From the NCBI GenBank assembly GCA_002352225.1, contig DEIA01000011.1, forward strand, positions 10,987-74,986: a stretch of 64,000 nucleotides of DNA. The letters run 5' to 3'. The notes beneath the pieces are model-generated. The model saw nothing but the letters and a program-made list of their open reading frames with translations, did no database searches and had not been told where the DNA came from. Numbering within the stretch: position 1 is the stretch's first letter; the number at the start of each line of letters is the position of its first letter. The DNA comes from Flammeovirgaceae bacterium UBA2786. Lineage in GTDB: Bacteria > Bacteroidota > Bacteroidia > Cytophagales > Cyclobacteriaceae. This document shows, piece by piece, positions 56,912 to 64,000 of this stretch. Both the position numbers and the translations under genes were made by a program.

Positions 56912-58180
56912 ATGAATAGTACTCCTGTACACAAAACAGGCTTTACCTATCGTTTACTTTACATGAGGAACGTTTTTATTCTGCTATTCATTATTGGTGT
57001 TGTGCCAGCTGCCGTGGCCCAACGAATTACGCTATCGGGCAGGGTTATTGATAAAGAAACCAAAGAACCCCTTCCTTTTGCTACCCTTGGTGTAAAAGGA
57101 AAAGCCATTGGTACCATAACCAACCTGCAGGGCGAATTCGACTTTCATATTCCGGCCGGATTACGCAACGATTTGTTTACCCTTTCCATGCTGGGCTACA
57201 AACCATACGAAGCTCCCGTATGGACATTAATGGAAACTAACCCATTGGTAATTGAAGTCGAGAAATCCACCTTTTTGCTCAATGAAGTAACCGTAGCCGA
57301 TTCGTTAAGCGGAGGCGAAATTCTAATGATTGCGCTTTCGCGGATTGAACAAAACTACCCCATGCAACCCTACCTGATGGAAGGTTTCTACCGCGATTTG
57401 AAAAAAGTGGGCGGCACGTATATCTCTTTGCTGGAAGCAGCTGTAAAAATTTACGATGAAGATTACTCAGAACCCCGCAACAAATTTAAACTGCGCGAGC
57501 GGGTGGCTTTACAGGAAGTGCGCAGAAGTATAGGCTATGCAAGCCGGTTTACATCCTATTTCGACCAGGATAATCTGCTCGAAGATTTATTGCTACACAA
57601 TAGCGTACGCTACCGACACTTTCCGCTCGAAGAAGTTTTTTACGAAAGCCTGAAAAGAGAAAAAGAAACCGTGTATAATGGTCAGGAGGTTTACGTGGTT
57701 AGTTACAATCAGGACTACCTGCTTCGTGTTTTTGTAGAGAAAAAAAATTATGCTATCATACATGTAGAGTTTGAGAGCGAACTGGAAGAAGCATTAACCA
57801 AAAAACGTGGCATGGAAAGTCGCTTTGTAGGATTAAGACGGGTTATTGATTTTAAGCCCTTTCTGGGCAAATACTATCTCAACTACCTTACGGTAGATTC
57901 GAAAGTAAACTGGTACGACATTCGTACCAAAGAGCTAAAATTTGAAACAGAGCTAACCCAGTCATTGCTGGTAAACGATATTGTTCCCAACACAATAAGG
58001 CGCGTAGCCACCACCGAAAAAATGCGCAACTACGGATTGCAATATCAGGACAGGCCGTATAACAAAGAGTTTTGGGATAACTACAACGTAATTAAAGAGA
58101 GCCCGCTTGATCGTAAAATTTTACAAGATCTGGAACGACACGGGCCGTTAGAGAAGCAGTTTAAAGATCATGATTTTTAA
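56912..58180 (+). CDS. carboxypeptidase-regulatory-like domain protein
   Basis: ITLSGRVIDKETKEPLPFATLGVKGKAIGTITNLQGEFDF is the CarboxypepD_reg pattern. The true start may be the Met at 56963 (MRNVFILLFIIGVVPAAVAQ signal). Confidence 0.7.
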   Translation: MNSTPVHKTGFTYRLLYMRNVFILLFIIGVVPAAVAQRITLSGRVIDKETKEPLPFATLGVKGKAIGTITNLQGEFDFHIPAGLRNDLFTLSMLGYKPYEAPVWTLMETNPLVIEVEKSTFLLNEVTVADSLSGGEILMIALSRIEQNYPMQPYLMEGFYRDLKKVGGTYISLLEAAVKIYDEDYSEPRNKFKLRERVALQEVRRSIGYASRFTSYFDQDNLLEDLLLHNSVRYRHFPLEEVFYESLKREKETVYNGQEVYVVSYNQDYLLRVFVEKKNYAIIHVEFESELEEALTKKRGMESRFVGLRRVIDFKPFLGKYYLNYLTVDSKVNWYDIRTKELKFETELTQSLLVNDIVPNTIRRVATTEKMRNYGLQYQDRPYNKEFWDNYNVIKESPLDRKILQDLERHGPLEKQFKDHDF

Positions 58181-59358
58181 TGCTCGCCTATAACCGGGTG
58201 GCGTTTAAACGGGATAGTCCGGTCAAAAATATACCGCCACGTTATTAACGTACGGCAATGCTCTGCTCCCAGGTTTCGGGAAATGTTCAACATCTTTGGA
58301 TTGAAATCGCCCTGCCACAATAACTCGGTTTGTTTATAGATGCCTTTGGCTTTAATTACTTTTTCGGCCTCCACTATCATAAAGTAATCCACACCACTAC
58401 CTTGGAACTCCGGCACAATACCATAAATAATTCCTACAAACCGATTACAGGTACGCATTATCTTGTGATATAAAAACCTAGCCTTTGCCAGGAGGTTAAA
58501 CTTGCCATGCAGATGCTTAATAATCTGATTAATGTCGGGTATGCTTATCCACATGGCAATAGGCTCGTTATGGTGGTACACAAACCAAACCAGGGTTGGA
58601 TCTAAAATTGGTTTAATCGCCTTAAAAATTTTGCCTGCCTGCTCTACACTCATTTCCTTGTTACCTTCGTGTATAGCCCACGCTTTATTATACACGGTAC
58701 AAAAACTCTGAATACAGGTGTCTATATCCATAGCCGGATGTGCCAACGACCGCGCCTGAAACTCTGCGTTAACCACAAACCGGTTATGTGCTTCATAAAA
58801 TTTTGATTGCAATTGGTTGGCTACACCTGCCACCGGGATGCTCCAGCAGTACTGATTATAAAAAACACCAAACCCATACGCTTCAAATAACTGCTGATAA
58901 TAAGGCGGATTGTAATTCATACCATAAAGCGGTTCGTAAAATCCATGCACCAGCAAACCCCACCAGCGGTCGCGCTCTCCAAAATTGATTGGTCCATCCA
59001 TCGCTTTCATCCCCCGCTCTGCCAGCCATTCTTTTGCGGTATCAAAAAGTAAAAAAGCTGCCTGCGAATTATCCGGAGAATCAAAGAACCCTATTCCGCC
59101 AACCGGAAACTCATCGCCTTTATTCTTGTACTTTTTGTTTACGAAGGCTGCAATACGGCCAACCGGTTTCTGATTATCGTACAACACCCACCTGCATGCT
59201 GCCCCAAACCGGAAGGCTTTATTCTTATTGGGGTCAAAAACCTGAAGAATATCAGTATCGAGAGGTCTTATCCAGCGGGGATCGGATTGGTTGCAATGTA
59301 CATGAGCCCGGATAAAATCGCGCTCCGCTTTTGGCGACTTTACTTCAACTACATTCAT
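58177..59358 (-). CDS. conserved hypothetical protein, GNAT-like fold suspected
   Basis: 393 aa. N-terminal region with VGRIAAFVN...GGIGFFD...MDGPINF resembles a Bacteroidota family often annotated as N-acetyltransferase. Confidence 0.5.
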   Translation of the reverse strand: MNVVEVKSPKAERDFIRAHVHCNQSDPRWIRPLDTDILQVFDPNKNKAFRFGAACRWVLYDNQKPVGRIAAFVNKKYKNKGDEFPVGGIGFFDSPDNSQAAFLLFDTAKEWLAERGMKAMDGPINFGERDRWWGLLVHGFYEPLYGMNYNPPYYQQLFEAYGFGVFYNQYCWSIPVAGVANQLQSKFYEAHNRFVVNAEFQARSLAHPAMDIDTCIQSFCTVYNKAWAIHEGNKEMSVEQAGKIFKAIKPILDPTLVWFVYHHNEPIAMWISIPDINQIIKHLHGKFNLLAKARFLYHKIMRTCNRFVGIIYGIVPEFQGSGVDYFMIVEAEKVIKAKGIYKQTELLWQGDFNPKMLNISRNLGAEHCRTLITWRYIFDRTIPFKRHPVIGEH

Positions 59359-59424
59359 AATAGATTATCGTGTATCGTTTAAAACGATTCACACACAAGT
59401 CTGTTACATACTATATCTGAAATT

Positions 59425-60414
59425 TTACACTAAGGTTCCCACCTTCTGTGCCTCTTCCAGCAACTCATCTTTATCAATTGGCACTACCCCTACATACTGG
59501 CACACTAATCCTCCCCCTAAATTAGATAAGCCTGCAATTAAACCGGGCGAAAGTTTTAATGCCACACACAGTGCAGCAATACTTACCACCGTATCGCCCG
59601 CACCGGAAACATCGGCAATCTGGCGTGTATGGGCTGGTAGTTTTACTTTTTCATTTTGGTAGTCGATGTACACCCCGTGCTCCGACAACGTAGCCATTAC
59701 ACCTTCAACATTCAGTTTATCTTTTAAAAGATTTATGGCTGTTTCCAGCTGAGAAAGATTGCCTGCTTCCAGCTCAATCTTTAGCCCTTCGCGCATTTCT
59801 TTCAGGTTGGGTTTAAACAAGGTTACTTGTTTATACGAAAGAAAGTTTCTTTTCTTGGGATCAACAATAGTGGGTGTACCATGTTTTTGGGCCAGCGTTA
59901 CTGTTTGCTCAATAAGCGTTGCACTTAAAACGCCTTTATCGTAATCTTCAAAAATTACAGCCTGGCAGGAAGGAAGAAGTTTTTCAATTTTCTTCAGCAA
60001 CTCCTTTTCTTCTTCTGCCGATGATGCTTTATCCGATTCATCGTCCACGCGCACAATGTGCTGGCTTGACGCAATCACTCTTGTTTTTACCGTGGTAGGT
60101 CTTGCAGCCGAAACTACAATTCCTTCAGTGGAAAGTTTCTGATCGCTTATGATTTGCTTTAATCTTTTACCGGCATCATCATCCCCGCAAAGGGCAACCA
60201 GTATGGGCTTTGCACCTAAGGCCTGTACATTAAGCGCCACATTGGCGGCACCACCCAGACGCACATCGCGTTTCTTTACATTTACAATTGGAACGGGTGC
60301 TTCGGGTGAGATGCGCTCAACTGCACCCCAGATATAACTATCCAGCATAACATCGCCCACAATTAAAATATTGAGCGTGTTGAAGTCTTCAAAAATCTGC
60401 CGGAGGTTAGCCAT
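59425..60414 (-). CDS. PfkB-family sugar kinase, RfaE domain-I-like (heptose-7-phosphate kinase)
   Basis: ILIVGDVMLDSYIWGAVERISPEAPVPIV and GGAANVA, with the C-terminal DVSGAGDT motif. Confidence 0.8.
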   Translation of the reverse strand: MANLRQIFEDFNTLNILIVGDVMLDSYIWGAVERISPEAPVPIVNVKKRDVRLGGAANVALNVQALGAKPILVALCGDDDAGKRLKQIISDQKLSTEGIVVSAARPTTVKTRVIASSQHIVRVDDESDKASSAEEEKELLKKIEKLLPSCQAVIFEDYDKGVLSATLIEQTVTLAQKHGTPTIVDPKKRNFLSYKQVTLFKPNLKEMREGLKIELEAGNLSQLETAINLLKDKLNVEGVMATLSEHGVYIDYQNEKVKLPAHTRQIADVSGAGDTVVSIAALCVALKLSPGLIAGLSNLGGGLVCQYVGVVPIDKDELLEEAQKVGTLV

Positions 60415-60416
60415 TG

Positions 60417-61613
60417 TTACTTAAGCAGCACCAGTGTTTCTTTTATTCTGCGCATGGCCTCAATCAATTCCTTTTCTGAAGCAGCATACGAAAGGCGCAC
60501 ACATTTTTCTTCACCAAATGCACCACCGGGCACTAATGATACATGTGCTTTTTCCAACATATACAAACAGAAATCGTCACCATCTTTAATCACACGATCG
60601 CCATCTTTTTTTCCGTAGTAATAACTCACATCCGGAAAGAAGTAAAAGGCACCTTGCGGATAGTTGGCTTTAACGCCTGGAATTTCTTTCAATAAATTGT
60701 AAACAATGTCTCTGCGTTTGTGGTATGCTTTTACCATTTCGTTGGTGGGAGCAATATCGCCAGTAATGGCTGCCAATGCACCCCGTTGCGATATTGAACA
60801 ATTGGCCGAAGTAATCTGGCCCTGTACTTTATTACTGCCATCTGCTATCCACTTGGGCGCAGCAATGTAACCCACGCGCCAGCCCGTCATGGCAAAGCCT
60901 TTTGCAAAACCATTTACGGTAATGGTTCGCTCGAACATACCGGGCAAAGAAGCCATGCTGGTTTGGTCGCCTGCAAAATTGATGTGTTCGTAAATTTCAT
61001 CGGCTATTACCAGTAAGCCTTCATGTTTTAAAACTACTTGCGAAATAGTTTCTAATTCTTTCTTACTGAATACAGAACCCGTTGGGTTGCAGGGCGAAGA
61101 AAAGATGATAGCTTTTGTTTTGGGGGTAATCGCAGCATCAACCTGAGCGGCTGTTACTTTAAAATCGTTTTCGAGTGTCCCTTTTACAATTACCGGTGTA
61201 GCTTCTGCGAGACGCACTAATGCATCGTAGCTTACCCAATAGGGTGAGAACACAATCACTTCATCGCCCGGGTTTAACAAAGCCAGCATTACATTGGCAA
61301 TGGATTGCTTTGCCCCATTGCTTACCACAATATTCTCGGCCTTGTAAGGCACATTGTTCTCTTTCTGATACTTGGCCGCAATGGCTTCGCGTAAGTCCTG
61401 ATAGCCCGCTACGGGCGGATAGGAAAAATACTTTCCATCGTCAATCGCCTTTTTGGCTGCTTCGCAAATATGCTGGGGGGTTTTAAAGTCTGGTTCGCCC
61501 AGGCTTAGGCTGATTACATCGATGCCGCGGTTTTTAAACTCGCGGGCTTTGGCTGCCATAGCCAGGGTGGCCGATTCTTCAATTGCGTTAATGCGGTTGG
61601 AAAGTGTGTTCAT
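60417..61613 (-). CDS. aspartate/aromatic aminotransferase (PLP-dependent, class I)
   Basis: SLGEPDF, the SNGAKQ context, and a PLP-lysine context (VNGFAKGFAMTGWRVGY). Confidence 0.88.
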   Translation of the reverse strand: MNTLSNRINAIEESATLAMAAKAREFKNRGIDVISLSLGEPDFKTPQHICEAAKKAIDDGKYFSYPPVAGYQDLREAIAAKYQKENNVPYKAENIVVSNGAKQSIANVMLALLNPGDEVIVFSPYWVSYDALVRLAEATPVIVKGTLENDFKVTAAQVDAAITPKTKAIIFSSPCNPTGSVFSKKELETISQVVLKHEGLLVIADEIYEHINFAGDQTSMASLPGMFERTITVNGFAKGFAMTGWRVGYIAAPKWIADGSNKVQGQITSANCSISQRGALAAITGDIAPTNEMVKAYHKRRDIVYNLLKEIPGVKANYPQGAFYFFPDVSYYYGKKDGDRVIKDGDDFCLYMLEKAHVSLVPGGAFGEEKCVRLSYAASEKELIEAMRRIKETLVLLK

Positions 61614-61743
61614 ACGTAATAAAATGAACTCAAAAGTAAGAAAGAATTGGAATGGGATAAATGGTAAATGAAGGTTTATGGAGATAACGCTTGTTAGTTA
61701 TCTGGACTTAAGCCTGAAACGGCACCAGGCTACCTTACCAAAA

Positions 61744-62295
61744 TTATAGTTTAAAGTGAAGGTTGGCGCCAATAACCGTAATGTCTCCGAATATATAGTA
61801 ACTATAGACATCCAGTGCTAAGCCAAGCGCTACTTTCTCCGATAACCTTCCCCCGCCTTCTAAGGATAAACCGTAGCCCAATTTACTGGCAACATCAACG
61901 TGCGTTCTTACATCTAAAGGGTTACCATCCTGATAAAGAGATCTTGTATTGAAGTAGGCAAGGCCAGCAGAGGCTTTTACAAAATTTCTTTCGCTATTAA
62001 ATATTGCCGTGTGATTTAAATAAAGGCCACCTGTTAGGCCGCTAAATGTCCGCTTAAAGGGCTCATTGTTAAATCTGCTTGGGTGCGAATGGAAAAAACC
62101 TACCCTGACGGATGCACTAATAGTTTTATGAAATAAATATTCATAATCGTTACGAAGCATAAATCCACCGTTTCCGAGATCATTTTCGCTACCGTAAGAT
62201 AAAACTGTTGAAATTTCCCAACGCTTGCTATGTTCAGTTGTTTGACTCCAACTGATTGCTGGAATAAGAAGAATCGCAATAAGAATTGACTTCAT
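61744..62295 (-). CDS. hypothetical exported beta-barrel-like protein
   Basis: Signal peptide MKSILIAILLIPAISWSQ, beta-strand-like alternation, AT-rich. Confidence 0.5.
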   Translation of the reverse strand: MKSILIAILLIPAISWSQTTEHSKRWEISTVLSYGSENDLGNGGFMLRNDYEYLFHKTISASVRVGFFHSHPSRFNNEPFKRTFSGLTGGLYLNHTAIFNSERNFVKASAGLAYFNTRSLYQDGNPLDVRTHVDVASKLGYGLSLEGGGRLSEKVALGLALDVYSYYIFGDITVIGANLHFKL

Positions 62296-62996
62296 TGTTT
62301 TGAATTGAATAGCGTGTAAGTAACTCCAAAAGCGTAAGTGCCAATCTTATATTCTAACGGATACTTTATGTTTTCAAATTCAACATGATCGCTCACAGAA
62401 GTTAACCCTCTTTCAAGCGAGTAATAGACCGACAACGGCCCAAAATTATAAGCTATTCTTATCTCTCCTAAAATCAATAAATCCTTAAACCCTTTTGGTA
62501 CTTGAAAAATAATCTTTGACATTGTAGCCGGATCAAAGCTATTATCCGGGTAATCTGTATAATGTTTTTCTTTTAGCTGAAGCGCTGCAATAATTCCACC
62601 TTCTATGGAAAGTCCTCGTGCAATCAGGAATCCTTTGTTTACAGATAATCTAATCATCCTATTGAAATATATAGCCGATGCATCAACGCTCACATTCCCG
62701 TACAAAGCCAAGTCTTCCTCCCATTTTAAATTATGAAAACTTAACCCGGACCTATTATTGAAGTATGAAAATTCTGAATTCCAAAAGCCTCTTTTTGACA
62801 TTACTTTTCCAAAAACACCTAATCTAAAGCCATCCATAGTTGAATTATCACTATAGATAATATATCTATCAGCAACCCGACCGTTGACTGTTGACCGTAA
62901 GAGGCTATAGTCTGCCAAAACACCAAATTTCGTTTCTTTGTTTTGTGCAAAAAGCGGGGTGGTTACTAACGTTAGTAGAAGAATTACTGAACGCAT
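62292..62996 (-). CDS. hypothetical exported beta-barrel-like protein
   Basis: Signal peptide MRSVILLLTLVTTPLFAQ. 4-nt overlap with the downstream gene. AT-rich. Confidence 0.5.
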   Translation of the reverse strand: MRSVILLLTLVTTPLFAQNKETKFGVLADYSLLRSTVNGRVADRYIIYSDNSTMDGFRLGVFGKVMSKRGFWNSEFSYFNNRSGLSFHNLKWEEDLALYGNVSVDASAIYFNRMIRLSVNKGFLIARGLSIEGGIIAALQLKEKHYTDYPDNSFDPATMSKIIFQVPKGFKDLLILGEIRIAYNFGPLSVYYSLERGLTSVSDHVEFENIKYPLEYKIGTYAFGVTYTLFNSKQ

Positions 62997-63209
62997 GAGA
63001 TTGGATAGGTTATGAGTAGCTTCTTATCGTCACTTACAAATTGAGGTTCATATCCTTGAAAGTTTTGTATTCTTAGGTTTTGTAGAGGATATAAATTAAA
63101 GATATTAAAAACAACCCGGTAAAATGCAAACACACTTTTACCTTACAAGTAGCCCATGGTGTAATGTCTGATACAATTTTTGAAGAAAAATACTTGTTAA
63201 GGCCTACAC

Positions 63210-63815
63210 CTAAAAAGGCACTCTCCCTAAAATACTTCTTCCCAGCGTAATCTCATCGGTATATTCCAGTTCGCCACCCACAGGAACCCCGCGCGCAATA
63301 GATGTAATTTTTACCGGAAAGTTGCTCAATCTCTTATTGATATAGAATGCTGTAGTATCTCCTTCCATGGTTGGACTTAACGCCAGAACTATTTCTTTAA
63401 CAGTACCCTGTGCTTTTGTTACACGATCTACCAGCGCATCTATTTTTAAATCCGCTGGCCCCACGCCATTCATAGGCGAGATTACACCTCCCAATACATG
63501 GTAAACACCTGTAAACTGTGCGGTGTTTTCAATGGCCATTACATCGTTGGTTTCTTCCACCACACAAAGCAGCGATTTATCCCTGCGGTGGCTCTGACAA
63601 ATACTGCATTCTTCTGTATCGGAAATATTAAAACACGTTTTGCAAAATCTGATTTGCTGGCGCATCCTGTTAAGGGCATCGGTAAGGGCAGCTGTTTTAT
63701 GTTCAGATTCTTTTACAAGGTGTAATACCAGTCGTAGCGCAGTTTTTTTTCCAATACCCGGTAGTTTGGATACTTCGTTTACTGCCTCTTCTATAAGTTT
63801 GGAAGGAAACTCCAC
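63210..63815 (-). CDS. recR: recombination protein RecR
   Basis: HhH (LPGIGKKTALRL), C4 zinc finger (CKTCFNISDTEECSIC) and a Toprim region. GTG start. Confidence 0.93.
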   Translation of the reverse strand: MEFPSKLIEEAVNEVSKLPGIGKKTALRLVLHLVKESEHKTAALTDALNRMRQQIRFCKTCFNISDTEECSICQSHRRDKSLLCVVEETNDVMAIENTAQFTGVYHVLGGVISPMNGVGPADLKIDALVDRVTKAQGTVKEIVLALSPTMEGDTTAFYINKRLSNFPVKITSIARGVPVGGELEYTDEITLGRSILGRVPF

Positions 63816-63828
63816 TACTCAATTTAAT

Positions 63829-64000
63829 TTAAAGGATACGCGCATCAATACCAGCTTCACAAATGGCCTCGCACATGGGCTTCAGTACTTCTTCGGCTCC
63901 CGTACGCACGGCACATTTGCCTTTGTAATGGATTAATAATGTGCACTGTTCGGCCTGTTCGGGTGTATGCTTACAAACTTTTATAAGTGTAGCAATTACA
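63829..64000 (-). CDS. clpS: ATP-dependent Clp protease adaptor ClpS, C-terminal part (runs off the right edge)
   Basis: Hand translation of the minus strand gives ...VIATLIKVCKHTPEQAEQCTLLIHYKGKCAVRTGAEEVLKPMCEAICEAGIDARIL*. This is the ClpS core pattern. The stop lies at 63831-63829. Confidence 0.75.
   Translation of the reverse strand, partial: VIATLIKVCKHTPEQAEQCTLLIHYKGKCAVRTGAEEVLKPMCEAICEAGIDARIL

Noticed and set aside
1-64000. A search by eye for tRNA, rRNA, tmRNA, riboswitches (for example FMN upstream of ribD) and CRISPR arrays.
   Set aside because: No cloverleaf-like or T-loop (GGTTCGAATCC-type) signatures, rRNA-like stretches or repeat/spacer arrays were noticed. The ribD upstream region is occupied by prmC. 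A covariance-model scan (tRNAscan-SE, Infernal/Rfam) would be needed to be sure.

Overview
The window looks like a densely packed chromosomal segment of a Bacteroidota genome, possibly Cytophagia- or Sphingobacteriia-like. The lineage call rests on rpmB-rpmG followed by a DUF4295 mini-gene, a fused E1 alpha/beta dehydrogenase, bshC and ytxJ (bacillithiol), TonB, LytTR, a TPR sensor kinase, and many signal-peptide or lipobox proteins. I call about 70 protein genes, mostly housekeeping: ftsY, rimO, bshC, aguA/aguB, ispF, ribD, prmC, rocD, recR, clpS. I saw no rRNA, tRNA or CRISPR array by eye. There is one clear accessory hotspot at about 3.95-9.4 kb, between ftsY and a convergent barrel-protein gene. 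The 3' ends of both flanking genes are duplicated there in an interleaved order (A..B'..A'..B). Those repeats bracket an IS4 transposase remnant, an AbiEi/AbiEii module, and AT-rich cargo of unknown function. My best candidate for an undescribed system is a translationally coupled minus-strand operon at 37.05-42.56 kb. It combines an esterase, a RimK-like ATP-grasp, a GCS2/YbdK carboxylate-amine ligase, a class-I glutamine amidotransferase with an intact triad, a circularly-permuted-type ATP-grasp-like protein and a 194-aa unknown, with a divergent esterase-HAD pair alongside. This reads as a multi-amidoligase pathway for an unknown peptide-like or gamma-glutamyl product. The second candidate is a roughly 900-aa secreted, extremely basic protein at 26.56-29.26 kb, built from seven K-G-G-G-S-[VI]-[ST] units including three exact 41-aa (123-nt) tandem repeats, whose stop overlaps the ytxJ start. 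Other points of interest are an RmuC-like coiled-coil/PD-(D/E)xK gene in a four-gene operon, a signal-peptide TPR-CHAT protein, a beta-helix/diheme cytochrome pair, a Tat-signal Fe/Mn SOD, and a four-helix-bundle gene wedged between aguA and aguB. All functional calls come from motif recognition by eye. No database search was run.
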